Below are positions 1 to 9,333 of a stretch of DNA of 64,000 bases, piece by piece. The stretch lies in the NCBI GenBank assembly GCA_038227875.1, contig JBBRPR010000046.1:8261-72260 (forward strand). Reading direction: 5' to 3'. Each line of letters starts with the position of its first letter. Position 1 is the stretch's first letter. The notes beneath the pieces are model-generated. The model was not told where the DNA came from. It saw only the letters and a program-made list of their open reading frames with translations, and ran no database searches. Position numbers and translations under genes: made by a program. The DNA is from Planctomycetota bacterium (GTDB lineage Bacteria; Planctomycetota; SZUA-567; H5-PLA8).

Positions 1-81
1 AAACGGCAGCGCCAGCAGCGCGAACGCGAGGAGAACCAAGCCGCTGAACACGGCGAAGGCTGCAATAGAGGTAGTGTCCAT
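1..81 (-). CDS. Partial CDS (N-terminus only), hydrophobic/membrane protein running off the window edge
   Basis: ATG at 81 on the minus strand reads MDTTSIAAFAVFSGLVLLAFALLALPF with no stop before position 1. Confidence 0.4.
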   Translation of the reverse strand, partial: MDTTSIAAFAVFSGLVLLAFALLALPF

Positions 82-188
82 CGCGCAGCTCCGGGCAATC
101 CGCCAACAGCATACCCGGTTTGCCTCACCGTTCAACCCGTGGGCGGGTCACTAAATTGACTGTTGCTCTTGTACCCAATCAAATACGG

Positions 189-503
189 TCAATTCTCTCG
201 AAGGATCGTAGGTATGTCACGTGCTCCATGGAGAACTCTGAACACTTCAACGCATCCGTCAGCAAACAGGTAGATCACCAAATAGTTTTCAAAGCCGCGA
301 ATTGGAAACTTGCGAATCTGCGCGAGTTTTGGATTTTTAAAGTGGCAAGGATGCCCGATGTTGGGTGCTTCAAGAAGTAGATCCAGAGTGCCCTCAGCCG
401 CGTCCAAAAACCGCAGCGCGGCGTCCAAATTCTGGTGTCGGATGTATTCGTATTGCTCGTTTAGATCAATTCGAGCACGCGGTTTAATGGACAACCGATT
501 CAT
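189..503 (-). CDS. Type II toxin, RelE/ParE family
   Basis: 104 aa; 'ARIDLNEQYEYI...DAALRF...YLVIY...VEVFRVLHGARD' is the ParE pattern; ATGA overlap with the upstream antitoxin. Confidence 0.9.
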   Translation of the reverse strand: MNRLSIKPRARIDLNEQYEYIRHQNLDAALRFLDAAEGTLDLLLEAPNIGHPCHFKNPKLAQIRKFPIRGFENYLVIYLFADGCVEVFRVLHGARDIPTILREN

Positions 504-751
504 TTAGAATGACGAGCTAACGCCTCCGACTTCAACTTCTTCCAAAATTCCTTGTCAACTGGAATAGACTCTCCTGAATTCATTCCCTCAAGAACTTTCT
601 GTTCCAGCTCTTCTTCAGCTCGCCGGACCTGATCTTCATGAACCAGATTTTGCAAATACGCTTCAACGTTTTCAAAACGCCCACACGCAATCTGATCATC
701 AATGTGCGACTTCAGCGCTTCTGGAAGATCAATCTTTACGTTGATTGTCAT
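500..751 (-). CDS. Type II antitoxin, ParD-like ribbon-helix-helix
   Basis: Start reassigned to ATG at 751 (CAGGAG RBS upstream); 'LPEALKSHIDDQIACGRFENVEAYLQNLV...LEGMNSGESIPVD' resembles ParD; coupled to the toxin. Confidence 0.85.
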   Translation of the reverse strand: MTINVKIDLPEALKSHIDDQIACGRFENVEAYLQNLVHEDQVRRAEEELEQKVLEGMNSGESIPVDKEFWKKLKSEALARHSK

Positions 752-887
752 ATCAGCGTGCTCCTGAACCAGTACTACTATATAGGATCGATAATCGGGT
801 GTGCAATACGCAACTTTCAGTTTCTGAACGTCCAATCGCCCCCCGACAGACCCAAGCCAAGAGCTAACAGCCAGGAGCCGCCCTCCC

Positions 888-2234
888 TCACTGCAGCCAC
901 AGCTTCTCCGAGTCCTCATCGTAAGCGAAGAGGTTGCCGAAGCGCGCCCAGCCGACAAACGTGGTGAACTGCGTTTCGTAGTTTTCCTGAGGCATGTTCA
1001 GCACGATGTATTCGCGGACGTGGTCGGCGTCGATTTCCTTGTTGGGCTGGCGGGCGATCATGTCGCGCATGTCGCGGAAGAGCCGCAGTTTCAAAATCAG
1101 GTCGCGCCACAAATTCTTGCGGTCGTCGGCGCCAGCCGCGACAAAACGTTTGCCGTCGGCGTTGATCAGAACCATGCGCTTGGGCGTGTCGACCAGGTCG
1201 AGCATCTCCAGCGCCTTGACGATCGTGATGACGTGCCCGAACTCCCGGTGCGTGTCGGCGACGACGCGGAAGACGTCTTCCTTGCCGCCGCGCGCATCCA
1301 GATACTCCAGCAAGCCGATGATTTCGCTGGGCACCGCGCCCGGCAGCGGTTCGAAGGCCATCGCAGCCGCAGCTGCGGCGGGAGCCACGGCAGCCGGGGC
1401 GAGTTCCGGTTCGTCGGGAATTTCATGCCCGGTGATGATTTCGTGGAGCTGGTCGACGAGCTTCAGAAACTCTGGCAGCCGGTAGTCGCGCGGACGAGGA
1501 AGCTTGTTCTCGACGATTTTCAGCACGCGGCCGGGATTCGAGGCCAGCACGACGATGCGGTCGCACATGTACACCACTTCTTTGATGTCGTGGCTGACCA
1601 TAAGGATCGACGACGGATTGCGGTCCTTCGCGGACCAGATGTCGATCACTTCCGCGCGCAGCGATTCGGCCGTCAACGCATCGACGTGGCTGAACGGTTC
1701 GTCCATGAACAGCAATTCGGGGCTGACCGAGAGAGCGCGCGCGATGCCGACGCGCTGCTTCATCCCGCCGGACAGTTCGCGCGGATAGGCTTCTTCGAAT
1801 CCCGCCAGGCCGACCATCTTGATCGCCTGATGGGCGCGGTTCGGAATTTCGTTGCTGGCGATGCCGCGGGCTTCGAGCACGACCATGATGTTTTCGGAGA
1901 CCGTCAGCCACGGCAGCAGCGCGAAGCTCTGAAAGACAATCGCCACGTCGGGATTCAATCCCACCAGCGGCTTGCCGTGCGAAATCGCCTGGCCCTGCGT
2001 GGGTACGATCAGTCCGGCGAGGATGCGCAGCAGCGTCGACTTGCCGCAACCGGAGGGTCCCAGCAGCGCGATGACTTCGCCGGGTTGCACAGCCAGCGTG
2101 ATGTTCTCGAGCACACGCAGTTTCTTGCCGTTGGGCAGCGAGAAATCATGGCTGACGTTGCGCGCTTCGCACACGCCGACCGCTTTGCTCTCCACTGTCA
2201 GAGCCGGAGGAGTTGGAGTTGCAGTGTCTGCCAT
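888..2234 (-). CDS. ABC transporter ATP-binding protein, NitT/TauT (nitrate/sulfonate/bicarbonate) type with C-terminal AAA-associated domain
   Basis: Walker A GPSGCGKS, signature LSGGMKQR, Walker B LFMDEPF, extended C-terminal domain. Confidence 0.92.
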   Translation of the reverse strand: MADTATPTPPALTVESKAVGVCEARNVSHDFSLPNGKKLRVLENITLAVQPGEVIALLGPSGCGKSTLLRILAGLIVPTQGQAISHGKPLVGLNPDVAIVFQSFALLPWLTVSENIMVVLEARGIASNEIPNRAHQAIKMVGLAGFEEAYPRELSGGMKQRVGIARALSVSPELLFMDEPFSHVDALTAESLRAEVIDIWSAKDRNPSSILMVSHDIKEVVYMCDRIVVLASNPGRVLKIVENKLPRPRDYRLPEFLKLVDQLHEIITGHEIPDEPELAPAAVAPAAAAAAMAFEPLPGAVPSEIIGLLEYLDARGGKEDVFRVVADTHREFGHVITIVKALEMLDLVDTPKRMVLINADGKRFVAAGADDRKNLWRDLILKLRLFRDMRDMIARQPNKEIDADHVREYIVLNMPQENYETQFTTFVGWARFGNLFAYDEDSEKLWLQ

Positions 2235-2270
2235 CACGGGGTGCCTCTGCCTTATTCAGTATCCATGGAA

Positions 2271-3983
2271 TCAACGACTAAGCGAGTACCGAGTTTCAGC
2301 CAGATGGTACAGGCGTTTCCAGACCAGACGGTTGAAGAGCACGACCACCATGGACATGACCACGACCGCGGCGGCCAGGCGCGAGAGATTACCTTTTGCG
2401 AAGGCGAAGCTGATCTCGCCACCCAGCCCGGACCACGCGCGGTGATTCGTATCAATGAACTCTGCCACGATGCTGGTGTTCCACGCGCCGCCTGCGGCAG
2501 TCACCCATCCCGTAACGAGATACGGAAACACGCCGGGAAAGTAGATTTGCCTGAAGCGCTGCCAGCCGGTGATGTTGTAGCTCTCCGCCGCCTCGCGAAT
2601 GTCGGCGGGAATCGCCATGGCTCCGGCCACCACGTTGAACACGATGTACCACATCGTACCCAGCAGCATCAGCGCGATGCTGGCCCAATCGATATCGATT
2701 CCCAGAGTCCCCATCAGCGCCAGCACCATGGGAAACAGCATCGGCGCGGGAAACGAGGCTACAATCTGCACGATCGGTTGCAGCGAGCGGGACAGCTTGG
2801 GCGAAAGTCCGATAACCAGACCCAGTGGCAAGGCAATCAGCGTGGCGATGGCCGTGGACGCCAGCACGCGGCCCAGGGTCACAAACGAGACCTGAACCAG
2901 ATTGCTCCAGGTCATCGCGTCATTCTGGCGGAGCAGATTAAACAATTGAATGCCGCCCCAGCCCAGAATGATCAGAAGCAGGAGGAAGAGGATCGAGGAA
3001 AAAATCTTGCTGCTGCGCGTCGCCTTGGGTGCTTCGACCGCGACTGGCTTGACGCGCGCCGGCCTCTCTTTCCGTTTGAAGAAGAGGCCTTCCAGAAACG
3101 CCAGGATGCGCGAGCGGCGCAGAAAATCGAGGAACCAGGATTCCATCGCTTCAGCCTGGCCGGCGTCGTCGAGCCGGAATTTCTGCGACCAGACCACCAG
3201 CGGGCGCCAGAGCAACTGGTCGAGCGCGATGATCATCAGCATCATCGAAATAATCGCGTAAATCTGCGCGGGGCCGTTCTTCTGCGTCACCGCTTCGCTC
3301 ATGTAGGAACCCAGACCCGGCAGCGTGTTGTCCTTGAATTGCTCGCTGATCATGATGAAAAACCAGCCGCCGGCCATGCTCATCATGCTGTTCCAGACCA
3401 GGCCGATGGTCGAAATCGGAAGCTCGAGCCATTTCAATCGTTCCCACCACGTGAAGTTGTAGAGCGTCGCGGCTTCGTTCAGATTTTCAGGGACCGACCG
3501 GAGCGAATGATAGTAGCTGAAGGTCATGTTCCACGCCTGGCCGGTGAAGATGGTGATGATGGCGGCGAGCTCCAAGCCCACGCGGTTGCTCGGAAAAAGC
3601 GCGACCATGGCGAGGATCAGACCTGGCATGAAACCGAGAATCGGAATGCTCTGAAGAATGTCGAGCATGGGAACGAGCAGTCGTTCGGCGACGTGGTCCT
3701 TCGCGGCCCAGTAACCGTAGACGAGCGTAAAGACAATCGAGAAGACGTATCCGATCAAACCGCGCGTGAGCGTTAGCAGCGTATAATAAGGGAGGAGACT
3801 TGGCGAGAGATCGAACTTCTCTTGAATCTGAGCAACTTTCGGCAGCGCCCATTCGTGTGCGACGCCGAAGAGACCGAAGACCACTCCTGCGAATCCGGCG
3901 AGCAGAATGAAGTCCACCCAGATGCGTCGCGAAACAGAAAGGTAACCCGAGGCTGCGCCCCAAATCTGTCGAAATTTGATCAT
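2271..3983 (-). CDS. ABC transporter permease with two inner-membrane domains (NitT/TauT type)
   Basis: Many TM helices, two EAA loops (NEAATLY, REAAESY), adjacent to the ATPase; start uncertain (3983 or 4052). Confidence 0.9.
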   Translation of the reverse strand: MIKFRQIWGAASGYLSVSRRIWVDFILLAGFAGVVFGLFGVAHEWALPKVAQIQEKFDLSPSLLPYYTLLTLTRGLIGYVFSIVFTLVYGYWAAKDHVAERLLVPMLDILQSIPILGFMPGLILAMVALFPSNRVGLELAAIITIFTGQAWNMTFSYYHSLRSVPENLNEAATLYNFTWWERLKWLELPISTIGLVWNSMMSMAGGWFFIMISEQFKDNTLPGLGSYMSEAVTQKNGPAQIYAIISMMLMIIALDQLLWRPLVVWSQKFRLDDAGQAEAMESWFLDFLRRSRILAFLEGLFFKRKERPARVKPVAVEAPKATRSSKIFSSILFLLLLIILGWGGIQLFNLLRQNDAMTWSNLVQVSFVTLGRVLASTAIATLIALPLGLVIGLSPKLSRSLQPIVQIVASFPAPMLFPMVLALMGTLGIDIDWASIALMLLGTMWYIVFNVVAGAMAIPADIREAAESYNITGWQRFRQIYFPGVFPYLVTGWVTAAGGAWNTSIVAEFIDTNHRAWSGLGGEISFAFAKGNLSRLAAAVVVMSMVVVLFNRLVWKRLYHLAETRYSLSR

Positions 3984-4171
3984 GGAACTTCCATCACGCT
4001 GAACGTCAAATCGCAAGGGGCCGCGAGCGGAACGTAAGTAAAACTTGAACACGGGGTTTGTAACAGACAGTTAGAAAATTGAGATGAGCCAATCGTAAAG
4101 AAAGTGAACTTTTCAAAAGAATAGTTAGGTCGCACGAAATCCCGCGTGATACAGAAAGAGTTCTCAAAAAT

Positions 4172-4201
4172 AAAAAAGGCGGCCCGAAGGCCGCCTTTTT
4201 T
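4172..4201. terminator. Bidirectional intrinsic terminator
   Basis: AAAAAAGGCGGCC-CGAA-GGCCGCCTTTTTT hairpin with A/T tracts on both sides, just downstream of the pilin-like gene. Confidence 0.85.
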
Positions 4202-4222
4202 CTAACGCGGTTGTGCTTCCGA

Positions 4223-4789
4223 TCACTGCGTCGGGACCCAGTTGGTGTCCGGGTTGAACAGTGTCAGCAGGGTCGAGTTGCCCGTGTCCTGCTGGAAAAT
4301 CGTACCGTTGTTGTTGATGAGGAACTGATCGCGGCCCGTGCTATCCCAGGCGCCCGGGACGGCATTGATGGCGTAGCCGAGGGTCATGAATGAATTGACC
4401 ACGTAATTGCGCGCTCCACCCGTAGCGGCGGAAGCCTGCGAGGTCATGACGGTGAAGACGTAACCGGCCTTCGGAGTGGCCGACGTCGCTGGACCTTCGG
4501 CGCCCGCAAACGTCTTGTCGATCAGGGCGAGTTCACCGCTGATGCCCAGCAGGCTGTTCACGCCCGACAGATGCTGCGAATACTGGAGCACCGCGGACTT
4601 GGTGTAGTCCGTGCGATGGTAAATTTCCTGTGCTTCGGCGAACGCCTTGCACGCGGCGGCTGCGGCCGTTTCGTTGGCGGCCATACGCGACCGCAACAAG
4701 CTCGGGATCGCGATTGCCGCGATGATGGCGATGATCGCGACGACGATCATCAGCTCGATCAACGTGAATCCTTTGTTACGCATGTTCAT
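4223..4789 (-). CDS. Type IV prepilin-like protein (N-methylation motif; DUF2950-like C-terminus)
   Basis: 'RNKG|FTLIELMIVVAIIAIIAAIAIP' class III signal; start at 4789 or 4783. Confidence 0.9.
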   Translation of the reverse strand: MNMRNKGFTLIELMIVVAIIAIIAAIAIPSLLRSRMAANETAAAAACKAFAEAQEIYHRTDYTKSAVLQYSQHLSGVNSLLGISGELALIDKTFAGAEGPATSATPKAGYVFTVMTSQASAATGGARNYVVNSFMTLGYAINAVPGAWDSTGRDQFLINNNGTIFQQDTGNSTLLTLFNPDTNWVPTQ

Positions 4790-4864
4790 CCTCCAGGGTA
4801 CTACAGCGACACAGCCATGATCTTCGACCACCGTAGCTCTCTGCGTCCGCACGATTTAACATGG

Positions 4865-4880
4865 TGCAAACGTGAGGCCC
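4865..4880 (-). promoter_or_regulatory. Candidate sigma54 (-24/-12) promoter of the pilin-like gene
   Basis: Minus strand GGGCCTCACGTTTGCA = GG-N10-GC with TTGCA, followed upstream by an AT-rich tract. Confidence 0.55.
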
Positions 4881-5121
4881 TAAATCTAAATCTTTCGTTT
4901 AAAATTCAAGGCGTTTGGGTCACGGGTATTACAGGATCGCTAATAGGTGGCGCAAATCCGTCAGCACTAACAATTATTAGCTACAACTCGTGCATGTGAC
5001 ATTTTCAGGCGTGGTCCGGAAAGGCAATTGCCTTCATTTTTACACGATTTCAACCGATCTTTTGAATGTGCAGGGGACTGGTGAGTCTAACTTTGCACAA
5101 TCTTTGTGGAGGGAGTTACAG

Positions 5122-5391
5122 ATGCAGAAGTTCATGTTGGGTTTGATTCTCAGCGCGGGCGCCATGGGTTCGGTTCTGGCGGGAGATGGCAAGACTGACG
5201 CGCCACCCAGGCCCAAACCAGTGACGGTCTACGAGCCCCAACGCTCCGGCGATTCTTCGTGCGGATGCGACAAGGGGTTCTTCCACCCGTTCACGAAGTT
5301 CTGGGTCAAGACCGTCGGCGGAAACATGGCCGGCGGCATGAAGTCCGGCGCTTCGCACGTCAAGCACGGCATTGGTGGCGGCGGCGACTGA
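5122..5391 (+). CDS. Small secreted hypothetical protein
   Basis: GGAG RBS, ATG at 5122, Sec-type signal peptide MQKFMLGLILSAGAMGSVLA, terminator downstream. Confidence 0.65.
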   Translation: MQKFMLGLILSAGAMGSVLAGDGKTDAPPRPKPVTVYEPQRSGDSSCGCDKGFFHPFTKFWVKTVGGNMAGGMKSGASHVKHGIGGGGD

Positions 5392-5413
5392 AGTCCGCGC
5401 GCGTTAAGTAACC

Positions 5414-5449
5414 AGACCCTGGCAGCACCACGCCAGGGTCTTCTTTTTT
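5414..5449 (+). terminator. Intrinsic terminator
   Basis: AGACCCTGGC...GCCAGGGTCT stem followed by TCTTTTTT between convergent genes. Confidence 0.75.
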
Positions 5450-7994
5450 ACTTCGCGTCCGGCAATGTCAGGCGGATGTCAAACGGCGCGTACGTGATCG
5501 CATCGTAGACCTGCAGTTCCGTCACGGAAAGCCAGCGCGCGGTGGTCAGCTTGTATTTCACATAACGAGCCTGCACGGCTTCCGGCAACGCCAGCTCAAA
5601 ATTCCAACCCAGTGCCTTCTCGTTGTCCTGCACCATAAAGTTAATGGGTACGTCCTTCTTATAGATATTCGTATTTACAAATCCACGGCTGGCGAAATCC
5701 TTGCCATCTTCGCTGGTCAACACTTCAACCTTGTCCTGAACTTCGCCGCGGAACGCATCTGACCACGGCCAACCGGCGGTGATGAAAATGCGGAACGCGC
5801 CGCATTTTTGCGCGGTGCCAAGATCGACTGTGAATTCCGGCGTCTTACCGGCGTCGTACTGCAGGCCCATAGTCGGAGCATTGCCGCCGGCTTCCGGCGG
5901 ACCGGCCACGCCGTCGGTCAGCACCTTTTCACCCAGCGGGTGTTTCGTTTTCGGATCAACGCTCACGGTCACGGGCTTGCCTTGTGCCAGATTCTTGCCT
6001 TCGGTCATCCAACGATGCACGTACTTTTCGCCGCCGGCATCCTTGCCGTCGGAGTACCCGGTCTTGATCTCCTGCGCGTTCAGCGGCATTGCGACAGCCA
6101 GCGACTCCATGACCGGATGGTCGGCGCCGCCGACATCAATGGTGTACGTGAACGGCACCGCGTCGATGCGCTGCGTGTGGCTGCGTTGCACGAGCTTGCG
6201 GTCGGCCTGCACTTCATTCCACGTGAATGTGACGCTAAAGGGTTTGAACTCCGCGGCCACGGGCTTGTATTCGGCTTCCATGTGGACGTTGTGGATGCTC
6301 GAACCGGCCGTCATGAAGTACTTGAACAGAATACTGCGGTGCCCGGCAGGGATCTCGATGGATTCCTGATGCAGCACGTCCCACGGCTGTTCACAGGTCG
6401 TCAGCGAGTACGACGGCGTCCACGTCTTGCCGTCATCAAGCGAATGGAACATGTCGATGTGATTCTTCTCGTACCGGTTTGAAAACCGTCCGCCGTATGT
6501 CACGCGGGTCATGTCGCGCGGCGTGTCGAGTTTGTAGACGACGTACGCGTCAGCCTTGCGATCGGCGGGATGGACCCAGCCATAGTAATTCCATTCCTTG
6601 TCGAATCCGCACTCGATGTTCTTTTCTTCGAAGAGCAGTTCCTTGTACTTGCCCGGCCGGTTGTCCGGCCAGAGGACGATCGAATTGGTCTGCGCGCCCT
6701 GGCCGACGTAGATCGTGTTCTTGCCAATGTTCAGCTTCGGATTGGCCTTGGCGTTGATCTCGGTGATGGTCTTGATTTCAACGCTCTTCAGCAGCGCATC
6801 TTCAGCCGCGGCTTTGCCGAGCAGCTCGAACTTCAGCAGAATGTCGTACGCGCCGTTAACGTCCGCGCCGATGGCGATCTGCGCGGTCGCCTGTGGAGTG
6901 GAACCGTCCGCCGCGGCCCAGACTTCCTTCCAGGAGATACCATTGTTCGTGCTGACGGAAACGCGCAGCGAATCGGCCGGCGTCTTGCGAACGTAATCGA
7001 GCACCAGGCTCTCGCTGGTCGTCACGTTGGCGGAGGTGATCTTGTAAACAATCTCGCCGGCTTCACCGGCGCGCTGGCAGTGCAGACCGGCGGCATCGGC
7101 GACGACATTTTTGGTGGAGTGCGCGAAATTCTGAAACTGATCGTTCAGCAACGGCTTGAACGTCCAAACACCGTTTCCGCGGATGCCGAACTTCTGTGGG
7201 CTCTCCGGATCGAACGACGGCTTCTCCGGATGCTCACCGACGTTGGGAATGAAGAAGTTCGCATCGCCGCCGAGCGCATGGTACGTGCGCGTGTACGTTT
7301 CACCTTCGCGCAAGTTCAGTCGGTAGTGGTGGCCACCGTCCCAGTTGTTCCAATAGTAGCGGTATTGATGCCCGACGAACGCGCCGTGCATGGAACCGAG
7401 CGTGCGGGCGCCATCCGAACCGGTGATGAATCCATTGGGACTCGTGCAGGTCAGGCAATGGTACTTGGCGATGTGCCCGGCTTCCTTCAGTCCGTTGGAC
7501 GCGGCGCACGCGCCTTCTTGAGCGACGTCCATCACGGCGGCGATGGTCTTGCCGTCGCAGAGCGTGTACATCGCAGAAAACGCGCTGTCGTAGACGTGCC
7601 AACCGTTATCGTAATTGCATTCGGCGACCGTATGATTGGCGATGTCCCAGAATTTGACCTTCATGCCCATGCTGCCCCAGAGCGCACAGTTCATTCCCGA
7701 AACCGTGCTGCACATGGCAAAGCCATAGTCGTTGAATTGGCGGATCGGGTCGGTGCACTCAAAGCCGTGAACGATCATCGGCGTCGTCTGGCGGCGTGAG
7801 AGATGGACCCAGTAAAACATGGCCCAGACTTTCTCTTTCAGCGTCGGCCATTTCGAGGTGACGCTGTGAAGGAGAGAGGGCATGTCGGAGAAGTCCGGCG
7901 ATGCGTCGGTGACCACTTTGAGGTTGCAGTCTTCCGCGCGAAGAGTAGCGCCGCAGAGTGCTGCCGCCAGTACCGCTACGAGAATGGCTTTCAC
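5448..7994 (-). CDS. Large secreted protein with N-terminal transglutaminase-like region and C-terminal discoidin (F5/8)-like domain
   Basis: Signal peptide; C ('AMCSTVSG'), H ('NHTVAE'), D ('WHVYD') in transglutaminase-like spacing; 'NLAQGKPVTVS...TVDLG...ARYVKY...VTELQVY' is discoidin-like. Confidence 0.7.
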   Translation of the reverse strand: MKAILVAVLAAALCGATLRAEDCNLKVVTDASPDFSDMPSLLHSVTSKWPTLKEKVWAMFYWVHLSRRQTTPMIVHGFECTDPIRQFNDYGFAMCSTVSGMNCALWGSMGMKVKFWDIANHTVAECNYDNGWHVYDSAFSAMYTLCDGKTIAAVMDVAQEGACAASNGLKEAGHIAKYHCLTCTSPNGFITGSDGARTLGSMHGAFVGHQYRYYWNNWDGGHHYRLNLREGETYTRTYHALGGDANFFIPNVGEHPEKPSFDPESPQKFGIRGNGVWTFKPLLNDQFQNFAHSTKNVVADAAGLHCQRAGEAGEIVYKITSANVTTSESLVLDYVRKTPADSLRVSVSTNNGISWKEVWAAADGSTPQATAQIAIGADVNGAYDILLKFELLGKAAAEDALLKSVEIKTITEINAKANPKLNIGKNTIYVGQGAQTNSIVLWPDNRPGKYKELLFEEKNIECGFDKEWNYYGWVHPADRKADAYVVYKLDTPRDMTRVTYGGRFSNRYEKNHIDMFHSLDDGKTWTPSYSLTTCEQPWDVLHQESIEIPAGHRSILFKYFMTAGSSIHNVHMEAEYKPVAAEFKPFSVTFTWNEVQADRKLVQRSHTQRIDAVPFTYTIDVGGADHPVMESLAVAMPLNAQEIKTGYSDGKDAGGEKYVHRWMTEGKNLAQGKPVTVSVDPKTKHPLGEKVLTDGVAGPPEAGGNAPTMGLQYDAGKTPEFTVDLGTAQKCGAFRIFITAGWPWSDAFRGEVQDKVEVLTSEDGKDFASRGFVNTNIYKKDVPINFMVQDNEKALGWNFELALPEAVQARYVKYKLTTARWLSVTELQVYDAITYAPFDIRLTLPDAK

Positions 7995-8133
7995 GATGTG
8001 AGACTCCCCAAGGGTTCAATTGTCACTCGCCACTCCATGGTATGAGCTCGGACGGTTGGCTATGGGCAGGAAATTGGCTAAAATTACATATGTACAGTTG
8101 GACAGCTTGGTTACGGACGCTTCTGCGGATCGC

Positions 8134-9261
8134 TCACGGCTTCTCGCGCTTGATAATTTCCTGCATGATCTCGTTGATCGTATTTACGTACGCCGTGGTG
8201 GTGGTCGTCGCGCCTGAAATTCCATCCACCGGCTTGGCGGATTCCTGCGGCGTGCGGCCATTGAACTGTTTGAAAAATTTCTCGACTTCCGGCTTCTCCA
8301 GGCGCACGCCGCGCCGTTCCAGCCAGCGCACCGGCCGCATGTCCACGACCGTGAGTCCCGGCGACTTCAGCGCGACCAGGAACTGCGTGTCGATGCAGAT
8401 CGGGCAGGTAATGTGATGGAATCCGTTGGCCACCCACCCCACGTCCTTCTTGTCGACCTGAATGAGATAATAATCGGTGGCGTCCAGGGCCTGCGCACAC
8501 GTCACCGTAGTGGCGGTGGGGCCGAAGACCTCTTTAACGTAAGAGGCGATATCGACGGATAACTTGCCCTTCAGTTTCGCTTCGCCCAGCACGCGTTCGC
8601 AGACGGCTTCGAATGATTCTTCGACCATGCGCTGGTCGCCCTTGCTGACGAGCACAAATGCCTCGAAGGTGGCCGTGATGTCGCCGTGATCCTTGATCTT
8701 GTAGACATCTTCAATCTGCTTCAACGACATACGCCCGGTCGGCGTGTCGTTGGGAACCTTGGTGATTTTTAGTTTCGGATACTTCTTGTTGACCTCGTCG
8801 ATAATTTTCTCCGCGGCGGGCCAGTTCTTGTCGCCCGGTGTGTAATAGACCACGACCGCGTTTTTGTCGGTCGGCGTATCGCTGGACTGCTCGTTGTTAT
8901 TCCTCTTATCCTTATCCTTGTCCTTCTCTCGTTCCTTCTCCTTCTCTTTCTCTTTTTTGCGCTTCTTCTCTTCGTCCTTGCGTTTTTCCTCGTCCTTCTT
9001 CTGCTCTTCTTCCCGCTTCTTATCTTCTTCTTTTCGCTTCTTGTCGTCGTCCTTCTTCTTGCTCGAATTCCAGTCGCTATCGTTGTCCGGAGCGTCAGAG
9101 GCCTGAACCGGCGCCGATACTGCCAGCACGCCGGCGCCCATGCACATGAAAACCAACGCTAGAACGCCGGCCCGAATTGGCCTGGGGAATATCTTCTTCA
9201 TGGGATGAGGGCACATCATGTTGGCGTCGCTGATCTGCGTGGCTCTGAATTTTGACTTCAA
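8134..9261 (-). CDS. Exported protein with Lys/Glu-rich linker, thioredoxin-like region and C-terminal FMN-binding (flavinylation) domain
   Basis: Hydrophobic signal segment, KDE-rich low-complexity tract, C-terminal 'VDGISGAT' motif; start uncertain. Confidence 0.7.
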   Translation of the reverse strand: MKSKFRATQISDANMMCPHPMKKIFPRPIRAGVLALVFMCMGAGVLAVSAPVQASDAPDNDSDWNSSKKKDDDKKRKEEDKKREEEQKKDEEKRKDEEKKRKKEKEKEKEREKDKDKDKRNNNEQSSDTPTDKNAVVVYYTPGDKNWPAAEKIIDEVNKKYPKLKITKVPNDTPTGRMSLKQIEDVYKIKDHGDITATFEAFVLVSKGDQRMVEESFEAVCERVLGEAKLKGKLSVDIASYVKEVFGPTATTVTCAQALDATDYYLIQVDKKDVGWVANGFHHITCPICIDTQFLVALKSPGLTVVDMRPVRWLERRGVRLEKPEVEKFFKQFNGRTPQESAKPVDGISGATTTTTAYVNTINEIMQEIIKREKP

Positions 9262-9333
9262 CCGCTGCTGCGGCTGATCTTTTCACCTCCTGTTCTTAAG
9301 CGTGTTGTGGCGGAAGTCAAACCCGTCTGTCCG

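Noticed and set aside
1020..3776. 918-aa plus-strand ORF
   Set aside because: Antisense shadow of the ABC transporter genes, typical of GC-rich codon bias; no recognisable motifs.
8890..9065. Pyrimidine-rich low-complexity tract
   Set aside because: Encodes the Lys/Glu/Asp-rich linker of the minus-strand gene.
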